Positions 50,250 to 64,000 are shown, counted from the first letter of the stretch. The stretch is 64,000 nucleotides of DNA from Mobula hypostoma (GCF_963921235.1 NC_086097.1:141796001-141860000), one strand, 5' to 3'. Notes: generated by a model from the sequence alone, not told the origin. Made by a program: numbers and translations.

Positions 50250-53165
50250 TAAAACATAGGAGTAGAATTAGGCCATTCAGCCCATCAAGTCCACTTTACC
50301 ATTCCATCATGGCTGATCCTGGATCCCTCTCAACCTCATACACCTGTCTTTTCAACATATCCTTTGATGCTCTGACCAATCTGGAGTAATCAACTTCTGC
50401 CTTAAATTTATACAGGAACATGACGTCCACTGCAGTCTGTGCCAGAGTATTCCAAGGATTTGCAGCTCTCTGGCTAAAAAAAAATCCTTCTTTCCTCTAT
50501 TCTAAAGGATTACTCCTCAATTTTGAGGCTGTGCCCTCTAGTCCTTTCAATATTTGGTAGGAGATATGAGATCCCCATGCCGCCTTCTAAATTCCGGTGA
50601 GTACAGGCCCAAAGCAGCCAAGCACTTCTCGTGTTAACCCCTTCATCCTCGTTAACCTCCTCCAGACACTCCAATGATACATCCTTTCTGAGATATGGGG
50701 CCCAAAACTGTTGACAGTACTCCAAGTGCAGTCTGACCAGTGTCTTCTAAAGGCTCAGCATTATCTCCTTGCTTTTATATTCTATTCCCCTTGAAATAAA
50801 TGTCAACATTGCATTTGTCTTTAACACAGACTCAACCTGTAAATTAACCTTCTGGGAGTCTTGCATCTGATGTTTGAACCTTCTCTCCATCTAGATAATA
50901 GTCTGTATTATTGTTCTTTTACCAAAATGTATTACCATACATTTCCCAACACTGTATTTCATCTGCCACTTTTGTGCCCATTCTTCCAATTTGTCTAAGT
51001 CCTGTTGCAATCACATTGTTTGTTCAGCACTACCTACCCCTCCATCCATCTTCATTGCATCTGCAAACTTTATCACAAAGCCATCAATTCCATTATCCAA
51101 ATCATTGACAAATAATGTTAAATATTGCAGTCCCAGTACTGACTTTTGAGGAACGCCACTGGTCACTGTCAGCCAAGCAGTCTAATATTCCCACTTGCTG
51201 CCTCCTGCCTGTTAGCCATTCCTCTATCCATGCCAATATCTCTCCTGTGATACCATAGGATTTTATCTTGTTAAGCAGTCTCATGTGTGGCACCTTATCA
51301 AACGCCTTCTGAAAATCCAAGTAAATGATATCCATTGCCTCTCTTTTTCCCAACTTGCCTGTTACTTCCTTGAAGAACTCTTAACAGATTTGTTAGTCCT
51401 AAGGTGACTTTGACTTATTACATCATTAATCTCCAAATACCTTGAAACCTCATCCTTAATGATAGACTCCAACACTATCCCAATTACTCTGGCCTACAAT
51501 TCCGTTTCTTTTGCTTTCCTCCCTTCTTAAAGAGTAGAGTGACATTTACGATCTTCCAGTCCTCCAGGACCATGCCAGAATCGAGTGATTTTTGAAAGAT
51601 CATGACCACTGCATCCATTATCCGTTCAGCAACCTCTCTCAGGACTCTGGAATGTAGTCCATCTGGTCCAAGTGACTTATCCACCTGAAGACCTTTGAGT
51701 TTGCCTAGCAGTCTTTCCTTTGTAATAGCAATGGCACTCACTCCTGCTCCCTGACACTCATGGATCTCTGGCACGCTGCTGCTGTCTTCCACAGTGTAGA
51801 CAGATGCAAAGCCACCCATAAGTTCATCTGCCATTTTTTGTCCCCCAGTACTACCTCACCAGCATCATTTTCCAATTGTTCAATATCAATTTACCTCCCT
51901 TTTACTCTGTATATAACTGAAAAAAAACTTTTAGTATCCTGCTTTATATTATTGGCTAGTCTGCCCTCCATATTTCATCTTTTCCCTTTGTAGCTTTTTC
52001 AGTTGCCTTTTATTGGATTTTAAATGCTTCCCATTCACTTTTGCTACCTTGTATGTCCTTTCCTTGGCTTTTATGCAGTCCTAAACTTCCCTTGTCAGCC
52101 TTGGTTGCCTACCCCTCCCCCTGCCATTTGAGAACAACGACTTCTGTGGTACATATCTATTCTGCACCTTGTGAACTATCCCCAGAATCTTCAGCCATCT
52201 CTGCTCTGCCATCATCCCCCCCAATATCCTCCTCCGATCCACCTGGGCAAGCTCCTCTCTCATGCCTCTGTAATTCCCTTTGTTCCATTGTGATGCTGAT
52301 ACGTGTCACTTGTGTTTCTCCCTCTCAAATTGTTGTATGAATTCAATCATATTATGATCACTGCCTCCTAAGGATTCTTTTATCTTAAGCTCCCTAATAA
52401 AATCTGGGTTATTACACAATACCCAATCTAAGATGGCCTTCCTCGAGTAGACTCAAGCACCAGCTGCTCTAAAAAGCCATCTCATACGCATTCAACAAAT
52501 TCCCCCTCTTGTGATCCGACGCCAATATGATCTTTCCAATCCTCTTGCATATTGAAGTTCCCCATTACAAATGGGTCATTACCCTAATTATATGCCTTTT
52601 CCAGTTCCCTTTGCAATCTCAAACCCATGTCTTTACAAATATTTGGAGGCCTATATATGATTCCTGTAATTTTTTTTGACCCTTGCAGTTTCTTAACTCC
52701 ATCCACAGATATTCAACATTAGCTGACCCTATGTTGCCTCTTTCTAAAGATGTAATTCCACCACTTATCAAGAGAGCCACACCACTGCCTATGCCTTCCT
52801 GCCTGTCCTTTCGATATAAAGTATGTCTTTTGATGTTAAGCTTCCAACTATGACCGTCTTTCAGCAACGACTGAGATATGCCCACAATGTCATACCGACC
52901 AATTTCTAATTGTGCCACAAGTTTGTCTATCTTCCGAAAGCTACACACATTTAAATACACATCTTCAGTCCTGCATTTCTTTGCCCTTTTAAATTTTGCC
53001 TCTGTGGTACAATTTAACTCTTTGCTCTGGCTACATTTGTACCCGATCATCGATGGTCGTTCCTTACATTCATGTTGCACCCATCATCTACTTGTAAACC
53101 TGCTGGCTCATCCTCAGCTCTATCATACTGGTTTGCATTCCCCTGCCATATCAGTTTAAACCAAC
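50250..53165 (-). mobile_element. CR1 LINE ORF2 (APE-RT) and tail, decayed
   Basis: YLNVCSFRKIDKLVAQLEIGRYDIVGISQS, DKSLGPDGLH, DIIYLDFQKAFDKVPH, EYCQQFWAP. Confidence 0.9.
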
Positions 53166-53479
53166 CCTTAAGAGGGTTGCTGTTGGATAAGCAGGGTTGA
53201 ATGGTATAGTTGCCCACTACCAAGATGTGAAACTTGGACCAGAGGTGCACTGAGCTTTGAAGCATTGCTTGGGATTGGTAATGGCTGCTCTGTGTTGACA
53301 GGTTGTCCAAATTCTGTGGCTTTTATCATTATCTGTTTGATCTGATGGAAGCTTCTGTTAAGTTGCATATCTCTCTTCAGCTCAGTGTCAATGTGCTCAG
53401 CAGTTAAGAACCATTGTGAACTTGCACCAGTTTTCCTGCAGAGTACTTCTGATAGTAATATCTCTTACATATAGCTGGA

Positions 53480-55010
53480 AAGAACCATTGGGAGGTCCTT
53501 AATTTTGAATATCACCTTTTTGAGGCACCACTCCTTGAATATGTCGTGGATACAATGGAGGCTAATGTGCATGATGGAGCTGACTAATTTTACAACACTC
53601 TGCACCTTACTTCAATCCTGTGCAGTGCCTTTGCATACTGGGCGGAGACGCAGCCAGTTAGAATGCTCTCCATGATATGTCTGTAGAAATTTGCAAGTTG
53701 TTTTTGATGATATACAAACTCCTAATGAAATATAGATGCTGTCTTGCCTTTATTACTGCGACAGCATTCAGCTAGCTAGTATATCTTGCTCCTGTGCACG
53801 CTCTCATCACCATCTGAGATTCTGCCAGCAGTGGTTGGATCGTCAGCATTTGAGCTGTGCCTAGCCACACAGTCATGGGTGTAGAAAGAGTAGTGCAGTG
53901 GGCTAAGCACTCATCCCTGAGATATGCTAGTGTAACTAGGTCTTGGTTACACTGGCTGCTGAGGTGTCTAAAATGGCTTCTTTGTATGTTATATAAAATG
54001 GTTTTCCTGTAATAATAACTGCGATGTAAGGAGTTCTCTCTCCCTGCTTGTTTGGGTTATATTATTGATAAGGGAGGGAACGAACCAATGAGTGTCCATG
54101 TTATTCTATCTGTATGTGTGGGAACCTGGGTGAGTGCACGGGTTTTTCGGGAGGAGAACCAAAGAGGAAGGATGTGCTGGACGCGCTCTGGTCGACCACT
54201 GTAGTTGGTCCCAGGCAGCGGGTTGAGGGGGTCGGAGAAGATTGAATGGTGGACAGAAGACCCTGTTAATTGAGCTCCAACAGTTGTGCATGAAGTGGTT
54301 GAACTCTGATAAGTTTGGCACCTTTTACTTTCCTTTTATATTGTATCTCTATTAATAACATAGTTCCAGTAAGATCTATAAAGTGTAATCTGTAAATCGT
54401 ACTTTGTGTGCTGTCTGATATTTGATGTGTGAGTTTGAACCAGGGTGCATTATACAGCAACTACGCAAACGTGAGACACGGTTTGGCAGACGGGTGGGGT
54501 TTCCCCTAGATAAACACGAGCTGATAGTCCTGAGCGTTACACTAGTGTGGATTGTCAGCGAGGTGGAGATGTTATTTCAATCAGCACAGGCTGTGGTCTC
54601 CTAGTTAGGAAGTTAAGGGTCTAGTTGCAGAGGGAGATACAGAGACCCAGGTTCTGGAGCTTTCTGATCAGAACTGCAAGAATGATGGTGTTAAGCACTG
54701 AGTTGTAGTCAATAAAAAGCATCCTGACATAGGTATTTGCATTGTTCAGGTGATCCACGGCTGCGTGGAGAGCCAGTGAGATCATGTGTGCTGTGGACCT
54801 GTTGTGATAGGCAGTGGGTCCAGGTCGTTGCTGAAGCAGGAGTTGGATGATGGTCGTTAAGGCAGTGAATTCTGCTCTTCTTGGGCATTGGTACAATTGT
54901 TGCCCTTTTAAAGCAGGTGGAAACTTCCATCTGTAGCAATGAGAAATAGAAAATATCACCCCCACCAGTTGGTTGGCATAGGTTTTCATTGCCTTGCCAG
55001 GTACTGCATC
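53480..55010 (-). mobile_element. Rex1/Babar LINE fragment split by a solo LTR
   Basis: [38 protein letters not shown]. Confidence 0.8.
53931..54541 (+). mobile_element. Solo LTR, 611 bp
   Basis: TGTAAC...GTTACA perfect inverted termini; perfect CTAG TSD (53927-53930, 54542-54545). Strand tentative. Confidence 0.88.
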
Positions 55011-55559
55011 TCACTGCAGATGGGTGTTCAATTTACTGCATAATTCTAGTAATCTAGTATCACGTGCTGAACCGGCAGATTTTCCAAATTTTTGGATATT
55101 CCTATCAATAACCAATGCAAATTATATTCACTCTTGTTTCTTTAAGGTATTACACAATAGTAAAAATTTCCACCATAAAGAGAATGCAGAAATTGGAGGC
55201 TGCAGAGAATTTGAAGGGAGCTTGGGAAACAGGGCCCTGATCGCAGGCCTCTAATTTGGAAAAACAATCCTTCACTACCATCCTCTGACTCCTTCCACCA
55301 AGCCAATTTTGTATTAGTTGACCGGTTTACTACGGATCTGATGTTTCTCCCCCTCTGGGCCAGCTTACCATGTGGTATCTTCTCAAAGGTCTGCTGCCCT
55401 GCCTTTGCCAATCCTCTTTTTAAAAAACACACATAATAAAATTTATTAAAAGTGATTTGGGTTCCACAAAGCCAAAGTGAATATTCTTATCATTCTTTGC
55501 CATTTTGGATTGATCCTATCTGACAATCTCTCTAATACCTTTCTTCCCACTACTAGACC

Positions 55560-58000
55560 TCCTTCTGGGGAATGAGATAGGACAAGTGGCAAAATTATCT
55601 GTTGGGTTCAGTGACCTTAATTCTATTAATGTTAAAATAGTTATGGAGGATACAGCTGGTTCACAAATTAAAATCCTGAAATGGGGCAGAGCAAATTTTA
55701 GGACCATTAAGTGATATCTGGCAGAAGGTAATGTCCCTGCAAATGGGAGGCATTTAAAAATGTGATGTCAAAAGTTCAGGACCTGCATGTTTTTGTTAGG
55801 GAGAATAGCAAAGCTGGTAGGTTTTGGAAAATACTGAGGCTCACTTAAAGGAGTCATATGCTGTACTTTAAAAGTTGGGAACTAGTGAAACTCTTGATGA
55901 CAAGAAGTTCGGGAGTGGACCTGAGAAAAAAAGTTGTGGGCTGGGTGGGCGGGGTTTAAAGTGAGGAATTGAGAGGATTATGTAAAATTCCAAGAGATTA
56001 TTGAGTGAAAGGGTAGCTAGAGTGTGAGTAGTTCCCATTAAAGATCAGCATGGATGAGTATCTGTTGAACCAGGAAACAGGAGAGATCTTTACAGTATTT
56101 CTTCAGTTTGGGAAAAAAAAATGAAGCTAAGGAAATGTGGGAAATAAGTGGTGATGTCTTGGACCCCATGAATTAACAGGGAGGAAGAATTGGGGGCATT
56201 AAAAGTCCATTAAGGTGGATAAATCTCCAGGGCTTTCTCAGACCTTGTGGGAAGGTTAGAGAAGAAATTGCTGTCCATGGTACACCTGTAGAAATTTGTG
56301 TGTGTTTTTGGTGACATACCAAATATCCTCAAGCTCCTATTGAAATATCGCCACTGTCTTGCCTCTTTTATTGCTACATCGATATGTTGGGTCAAGGTTA
56401 AGCCCTCAGCGATATTGACACTCAGGAACGTGAAATTGCTCACTCTCTCCACACCCATACAGAGAGGCTTGCATCATCTATGGCCACTGGTGAGATTCCG
56501 GAGAGTAGTTCATGTACTGTTTAAAAATAATCAAAAACAAGATGGGTCGCCAGTCAGTCTGACATTGGTGGGTAAATTGCTGGAGAGGATTCTGAAGGGT
56601 ATGATCTGTCAACATTTATAGAGGATCTGATTCAGGACAGTCAGCATGGAGAGTTGTGTCTGACAAACTTGGAATTCTAGGAGGTGACGAAGAGGATAGA
56701 TGAGGGATGTTGTTTGCATGGACTTCAGCAAAGTCTTTGACAAGCTCCTTCATGGCAAAGTAATCTGGATCTTTAGATCACATGGGATCCAGAGGTTTGA
56801 TAGCAGATTGGATTTATAATTGGCTCAGTGATAGGGTAGGAAGCAGAAGGTGATGGTCAATGATTGTTTCTTGGCTGAAGGCCTGCGTTTAAATGGTGTG
56901 CCCCAGGGTTTGGTGCTGCCAACTTTGTTGTTTGTAATTTATATAAATTATTTGGATGGTGAATTTACAAGAGATGGTGGATACTAAAATGGGTGATAAA
57001 TCACAAATGCGAGAAAATCTGCAGATGCTGGAAATCCAAAGTAAAGCACCCAAAATGTTGGAGGAACTCAGCAGGTAACATTTATTGGTGGGGGTGGGGG
57101 GGGAGCAAACAGTTGATGTTTTGGGCCAAGTCCCTTCACCAGAACTGGAAAGGAAGGGGAAAGCAGTGAGAATAAGGTGGTGGGGGGGAGTAGAAGAAGT
57201 AGTACAAGGTGGCAGGTGATAGGTGGTGGTGTCTACAGTGTAAAAGGTTATGAATCTTGATCATTTGGCATTTGGGCTGAGGATTGCTAAATGGCTTTCA
57301 ATTCGCATAAATGTGAGGTATTGCATTTTGGGAGATCGCATCAGGTTAGGATCTATACAGTAAATGGTATGAGCTTGGAGAACATTATGGAACAGAGGAA
57401 CCTGGAATTGCAGGTGTGTAATTTGCTGTAAGCAGCATTACAAATAGATAGGCAGATAATTAGGGTGTCTGGCATACAGGGCTTCACCAGTCAGGGCATT
57501 GAGTGCAGGAATTTGGAAGTTGTGTTGCAGTTATATAAGGTACTGGTGAGAGTATAATGTGCAATTTTGGTCACCTGTTATATAAAATATGTTAGTAAAC
57601 TAGGAAGAGTGCAGAAAATATTTACCAGGATGTTGCATAAAATTGGGGGTAGGGAGTGTGCCTGAGTTACCAGGAGAGGTTGCATAGACTAGTACTTTAT
57701 ACCCTGGATTGTAGGAGATTGAGAGGTGACCTGATAGAAGTATATAAGATACTGGGATCAGAGGTGAGAGATTTAAAAGGGACATCAGGGTTGCTGTTTC
57801 ATTTAAAGAGTGGTGCGTATTTGGAATGTACTGCCAGAGATGGTGGTTGAGGAGGGCACATTGGCAACATTTAGAGCTATTTAGATAGTGCATGGATTGG
57901 ACAGATTTTGGAGAGCTGTGGGCTAAACACAGTCAGATTGGATCAGCTTGTTGGAAAACACATTTGGTATGGATGAATTGGGCTGAAGGGCTTGTTCCCA
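55560..58000 (+). mobile_element. Old CR1 LINE with nested Rex1 (about 56270-56452, -) and Penelope (about 57000-57222, -) fragments
   Basis: PVSLTLVGKLLERIL, MDFSKVFDKLLHG, NGVPQG, RLRGDLIEVYKIL; inserts recognised by similarity to other copies in the window. Confidence 0.75.
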
Positions 58001-58349
58001 TACTGAAGACTGCAGCACTAGTGATGAGGTCTGTGAAGATAATTGTCAACAGAGGCAGAAGAATGTTTACAGGATTCCTTTGAATCAGTGGACGGCATTA
58101 TTCAGGGATTCATTTTCAGATTTGAATGAATATGCCACCATTGTCACCAATTTCATCAGAACCTGCCTGGATGGAATATACGGACATACCCAAATAAGCC
58201 ATGGGTAAACCAGGAGATTTGTAGTCTGCTGAGGGTGAGATCTGTGGCATTCAAGGCTGGCGATCCAGAACCCTACTGGAAGTCAGGGTGTGACCTATAG
58301 AAGGCCACTGTGAGACCAAAAAGGCATGCCAGTGGCAATAGTTCATTAG

Positions 58350-58770
58350 GAGTTTGGACCTGTGCTCGATGGAGTTTAGAAGAATGAAGGGGGATCTCAT
58401 TGAAACTTATCGAATGTTGAAAGGTTTAGATAGAGTGGATATGGAGAGAATGTTTTCTGTAGTGGGTAAGTCTAGGACGAGAGGGCACCGCCTTAGAATA
58501 GGGGGATGTTTCTTTAGAACAGATGAGGAATTTCTTTAGTTAGAGGATGGTGAATTTGTCGAATTTGTTGCAACAGAGGGCTGTGGATGCCAAGCCATTA
58601 GATATATTTAAAGTGGGTGTTGATAGGTTCCTGATTAGTAGTAGAGGCATTAAAAGTTATGGGAAGAATGCAGGATAATAGGGTTAATAAAGTAGCCACA
58701 ATGGAATGGTGGAGCAAACTAGATGGGCCAAATGGCCTAATTGTGCTCTAATGCCTTACAGGCTTGTGAT
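58350..58770 (+). mobile_element. CR1 3' end
   Basis: EFRRMKGDLIETYRMLKGLDRVDMERMF..RTRGH. Confidence 0.8.
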
Positions 58771-59873
58771 ACGGAGGCTTCAATGTGTAGGATCAAAAGA
58801 GGCTAATGCAGGTTGTATTGTCAGCCAGCTTAATCATGAGCAGAACCCCTCACCGTTGACATCTTCAAAAGGTAGTGCCTTAAGAAGACAACCTCTATTA
58901 TTATGGACCCTCGCCATTTCTTGGGATGCCCTCTTCTCAGTGCTACCATTGGGGAAGGAAGTACAGGAGCTTGAAGACACACACTCCACATTTTAGGAAT
59001 AACTTCTTCCCCTCTGCTATCAGATTTCTGAATGGTCCTTGAGTAGATAGATACTTTATTGTTCTCAAAGGAAATTAGTGACACAGTAGCATCACAAGTG
59101 CAGAGATATACAGATATACAAATATTTGAAGATACATATTAGAAGTACTGCATTGCTGTTCTTATTTTACAGTAACTGTTCATGAATCCATCCGTCTGCT
59201 TAGCCATGTGATCTTCATGTCTTGCAATGCGCTGCCTCTATAAAACAAATTTCATGACATGTCAGTGATCATAATTCTGGTTCTGACTCTACCTGTTTCC
59301 ATGACTTTACTGTTGGACTCACCAGCCTGTTGCTTCCTGGCATGTCTTGCGACTTTCCTTAAATAAAGGTACAACTTCAGCTATCTCCAATCTTCTAGTA
59401 CGTCAACTGTGGCTAAAGAAGAACCTCAGCAATTTCATCTAAGACCTTGCCTATCTCCTGTTGTTTCATACATAGATCCATGCATAAGGGGATTCTCTTG
59501 TCTGGGTTGCCTTTTTGCTCTATTATATACTTGTAAAATCTCCTGGGGTTCCCAATCCTCTTTGTCAAGGATATGTCCTGTCTCCTTTTGCTTTCCTTCC
59601 TGATTTCATTCTTACTTGTACTCCTACATCCATTATACTTAGTTTCCTCTACCAGCCATGTTTTTTTGCCTGATCGGAGTCTCAATATCCCTGGAGCCAA
59701 GGTTCCAGGTTCCAGGGTTCCATAACACTTAACAGAAATGTATTTGCCCTGAACTTCTCGCTATCTTATTTTTAAAATTTCTCATACTTGCCAGACATCC
59801 CTTTAACTACTAACTTGAAAGTTTATTTGGGAAGGCTGTTACCAAAATCAGCTTTGATCCTATTTATTATTAA

Positions 59874-60040
59874 GCCAGCCAGTGGTGATGTGGCATCTGC
59901 TCTGGACTTCTAGATGAGTGGTCCCGGGTTTGAATCTTGCCAGCTCCTTGCATGCTTTCCATTCATGCTGGGTTGAGCATTGAGCTAGCATCTCAGCCTT
60001 TTTTTTTAAAAAAGAGAAAAATACTAAAGAAACTGCAGGG
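59874..60040 (+). mobile_element. tRNA-derived SINE, diverged copy of the 24131 family
   Basis: gggtttgaatc B box and tccttgcatgctttccattcatgctgggttgagc body match 24131-24270. Confidence 0.7.
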
Positions 60041-61189
60041 TTACCATCCTTTCAACAAAAAGGAACAACACACAATTTATTATCACTAGGTTCAAAGTGC
60101 TCCACAGGAGTATTCTGTTTTAGGTCCTACCTAATTAATAGTACAACTCTGCCTTCTCTCGTACCTCCACCTCTTACACATATAGAATCTGTATCCCAGA
60201 ATACTGAGCTGCCTATCCTGCTATTGATTCTGTAATAGCTATAATATCACCATCCCATGTACTTATCTATACCTTGAGCTCATCTGTCATATCAGTCTGC
60301 TTCTTGCTCAGATGTGGTTTGCTCTCTGTCCTGCCTCGTGCTTGCTTTAATTTAACAACAACAACTTATTCAATTTTCTCATCTACCATGCTACTGATTT
60401 GGCTCCTATCCTTCTGCCAGACTGGTTTAAACCTTCCTGAGTTGCCCAAGCAAATCTCAGGTTTTAATTCATGAAAAGCCGTTTTTTCCAGTATTCATTA
60501 TTAAAAGCCAGCTTCTCCAATATTCAGCAGCGAGAACCAGTTGCAGATCATGATGCACCAGAAGGAACTCCTGTACTGGCAACCTGATCTGCCTTGTAAT
60601 AATCCTTTATCTTTCTCTCAGCATCAGAACTGTGGGACTTCTGGCACTCATCTAATGCCTTGCCAATTATTTTCATAATTGACCCTATTTTAACATCGCA
60701 GCTTTACTGTATCTCCCTCCCCCCTCAACCAACGAAGTTTTGACCTCTCCTCTGCAACCAACAGCAGACGAAGAAATCCCATTGTTCTCCACTGCAACTA
60801 TACAACTTTAGCTGATGTTCAGTTGGTAGACATAATTTTATCAGAAGATGATAAACTCGAAAATTGAGGCTGACGCTTAAGGACAGTATTGCAGGAAAAT
60901 GAGATGGAGAAAGATGATTTGGTTTTTAAATTTTGTGATTCCACTTAAGAATTTTGGACCCAGACACTTCTAATTTATTACTTTCTTCTGCTTATTTAGT
61001 ATACTGGCAGAGGTTACATGGAAGCTAAATACTTGTGCTCAAGATTCACAGTTCAAAAGAGAAATAAGCTTATGCTCTTTAGCACACTTTGGCCACCGAG
61101 GCTGTCAGTCATCAGTCATTTATTTATGCTAATCCTACGTTAACCTTTTTTTTTGCTCTCTACGTTCTCATCAAATTGCACCACGTTCT

Positions 61190-61355
61190 GCCATTCACCT
61201 GCACACTAGGGGAAACTTGCAGTGGGCAAATCTGAACTGCTTGATAGGAGGAAACCCATGAGGATAGAGGGATAATACATTTAGCACTTGAGGTTAGGAT
61301 TTAATCTGGCTCTGGCACTCTGAGACTGGTGTATTACCAGCTGTGTTACTATACT
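61190..61355 (-). mobile_element. V-SINE-like remnant
   Basis: Reverse-strand degenerate tRNA head and gggtttcctcc core. Confidence 0.45.
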
Positions 61356-61576
61356 TCCCTGCCAGCAAAGTTTGAGTTGAAGGAATTGACAATGTTACAG
61401 ATCTGAAAATAAATAGTTTTAGGGAAGATAAGAACATATCTGAAACACATTGGCAAGGACTTAAATCATTGCCTGTTTCAAGTTGTCCAGTTAATTTTCA
61501 GATTCAAGCGTGGTAGAGTAATATATTGACAATGAAAGTATTTTTTTGACAGTGAATAGCTTTGGCTAACTATGTA

Positions 61577-63200
61577 CAGTAGCATGCAAAAGTTTGGGCA
61601 CCCCAGTCAAAATTTCTGTTACTGTGAATAGTTAAGTGAGCAGAAGATGAATTGATCTCCAAAGGTCATAAAGTTAAAGGTGAAACATTCTTTTCAACAT
61701 TTTAAGCAAGATTTGTGTATTATTTTTGTTTTGTATAATTTTAGAGTGAAAAAAGGAAAGGAGCACCATGCAAAAGTTTGGGCACCCCAAGAGATTTGAG
61801 CTCTCAGATAACTTTTACAAAGGTCTCAGACCTTAATTAGCTTGTTAGGGCTATGGCTTGTTCACAGATGTTGTTAGGAAAGGCCAGGTGATGCAAATTT
61901 CAAAGCTTTATAAATACCCTGACTCCTCAAACCTTGTGCCAACAATCAGCAGCCATGGGTTCCTCTAAGCAGCTGCCCAGCACTCTGAAAATTAAAATAA
62001 ATGATGCCCACAAGGCAGGAGAAGGCTATAGGAAGATAGCAAAGCGGTTTCAGGTAGCCGTTTCCTCAGTTCGTAATGTAATTCAGAAATGGCAGTTAAC
62101 AGGAACGGTGGAGGTCAAGTTGAGGTCTGGAAGACCAAGAAAACTTTGAGAGAACTGCTCATAGGATTGCTAGAAAGGCAAATCAAAACCCCCATTTGAC
62201 TGCAAAAGACCTTCAGGAAGATTTAGCAGACTTTGGAGTGGTGGTGCACTGTTCTACTGTGCAGTGACACCTGCACAAATATGACCTTCATGGAAGAGTG
62301 ATTAGAAGAAAACCTTTCCTGCTTCCTTACCACAAAATTCAGTGTCAGAAGTTTGCAGAGGAACATCTAAACAAGCCTGATGCATTTTGGAAACAAGTCC
62401 TGTGGACTATGAAGTTAAAATAGAACTTTTTGGCCACAATGAGCAAAGGTACGTTTGGAGAAAAAAAGAGTGCAGAATTTCATGAAAAGAACACCTCTCC
62501 AACTGTTAAGCACAGGGGTGGATCGATCATGCTTTAAGCTTGTGTTGCAGCCAGTGGCACGGGGAACATTTCACTGGTAGAGGAAAGAATGAATTCAATT
62601 AAATACCAGCAAATTCTGGAAGCAAACATCACACCGTCTGTAAAAAAAAATGCTGAAGATGAAAAGAGGATGGCTTCTACAACAGGATAATGATCCTACA
62701 CACACCTCAAAATCCACAATGGACTACCTCAAGAGGCGCAAGCTGAAGGTTTTGCCATGGCCCTCACAGTCTCCCAACCCAAACATCATCAAAAATCTGT
62801 GGGTAGACCTCAGAAGATCAGTGTATGCAAGACGGCCCAAGAATCTCACAGAACTAGAAGCCTTTTGCCAGGAAGAATGGGTGAAAACCCCCCCAAACAA
62901 GAATTGAAAGACTCTTAGCTGGCTACAGAAAGTGTTTACAAGCTGTGATACTTGCCAAAGGGGGTGTTACTAAGTACTGCCATGCAGGGTGCCCAAACTT
63001 TTGCTTTGGGCTCTTTTCCTTTTTTGTTATTTTGAAACTGTAAAAGATGGAAATAAAAAAAGTAATCTTGCTTAAAATATTAAAGAAATGTGTCATCTTT
63101 AACATTATGCCTTTTGGAAATCAGTTCATCTTTTACTCACTTAACTATTCACAGTAACAGAAATTTTGACCAGGGGTGCCCAAACTTTTGCATGCCACTG
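61577..63200 (+). mobile_element. Tc1 IR/DR-type transposon, full length (third family)
   Basis: TA-cagtagcatgcaaaagtttgggcaccc ... gggtgcccaaacttttgcatgccactg-TA; about 210-bp TIRs with the direct repeat atgcaaaagtttgggcaccc. Confidence 0.95.
61955..62980 (+). pseudogene. Tc1 DD34E transposase, inactivated
   Basis: MGSSKQL..RSGRPRKL, VKHRGGSIML*, QQDNDPTHTS, WPSQSPNPNIIKNLW (catalytic E read as K); several stops and frameshifts. Confidence 0.9.
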
Positions 63201-63212
63201 TATGCTTGTAAG

Positions 63213-63910
63213 AGATTCTGAAGATGCTGGAAATCCAGAATAACATACAAAATGCTGGAGGAAATCATCAGGTTAGGCAGCATCTATGGAAAGGAATAAG
63301 CATTTGAGATTTTGGGCTGAGATCCTTTATCGGGACAGGAAAGGAAGGAGAGAAGCCAGAATAAGAAAATGGTGAGGGCGGGGTGGTGTTGGTGGAAGGA
63401 GTACAAGCTTCCTGTACCAGCCAAGCTTGGGCGGTACAGTAGCATAGTGGTTAGCACAATGCTTTACAGTACCAGTGACCCAGATTCAATCTCCACAGCT
63501 GCCAGTAAGGAGTTTGTGTGTTTTCTGTGTGGATTTCCTCCGGGTTCTCCAGTTTTCTCCCACATCCCAAAGACATAATGGGTGGTAGATTAATTGCTCA
63601 TTGTAAATTGTCCCATGGTTAGGCTTGGATTAAATTGGGGAATTGCTGGGCAGTGCAGCTCAAAGGGCCTACTCTGTGCTGTATCTCATTAAATAAGTGA
63701 AAGGTGACAGGTGAGTGGGAGAGAGAGGATGAAGTGAGAAGCTGGGAAGTGATGGGTGGAAAAGATAAAGGGCTGAAAAAGAATCTAATAGAAGAGGAAA
63801 GTGGACCATGGGAAAAAGGGAAGGAGGAGGGCCCCCCACGGGGAGGTGATAGGCAGGTATGGAGAAGAGGTAAGGGGGAGTCAAGTTGCGGAATGGAAGA
63901 ACAGGGAGGG
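63213..63910 (-). mobile_element. Penelope-like terminal fragment, older subfamily, split by a V-SINE
   Basis: gattctgaagatgctggaaatcc..aaaatgctggagga terminus; body resumes at 63696 and matches 38640-38850. Confidence 0.75.
63429..63695 (+). mobile_element. V-SINE (HE1-like)
   Basis: tRNA head (tagcatagtgg A box, gattcaatc B-box remnant), core ggagtttg..tttcctccgggttctccagttttctcccacatcccaaagac, CR1-like tail ctgtgctgtatctc. Confidence 0.8.
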
Positions 63911-64000
63911 GGACCTACATCTTTGTTCTCTACCCACTTGCTCTCTTATCAGATTCCTCCTCCTTTAGCCCTTTTCCTTTTCCAGCTGGCATCTTCTAGT

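Noticed and set aside
60470..60900. Unique-looking segment as a coding exon
   Set aside because: No frame gives a recognisable product or a clean splice pair; it adjoins a decayed minus-strand CR1 and may be its upstream part.
1..64000. CRISPR array, operon or prokaryotic defence system
   Set aside because: No regularly spaced repeats and no dense intact ORFs; the content is vertebrate-type interspersed repeats.

Overview
Eukaryotic genomic DNA made almost entirely of decayed, deeply nested transposable elements. The mix (CR1 with esterase ORF1, Rex1/Babar, fish-type L1, RTE, Penelope-like elements, V-SINEs, Tc1, Tigger, Harbinger, Gypsy) suggests a cartilaginous fish, probably a ray (inference from repeat content only). 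No intact host protein-coding gene is supportable; nearly all listed ORFs are transposon fragments or antisense/chimeric frames. Resolvable structures: (1) a 13.3 kb Gypsy provirus (24935-38201, GGCT TSD, tRNA-Trp PBS) split by five nested insertions; (2) a four-level nest Rex1 > solo LTR > Tigger > Penelope; (3) minimal type I hammerhead ribozymes in Penelope termini, two with intact cores and strongly biased to the minus strand; (4) a TSD-flanked Penelope composite holding an inverted copy of neighbouring unique DNA; (5) an L1 with a twin-priming-type 5' inversion; (6) two long fold-back palindromes; (7) a candidate 24-nt microexon or recursive splice site hinting that the window is a long + strand intron. 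All calls were read by eye, and boundaries without a TSD are approximate.
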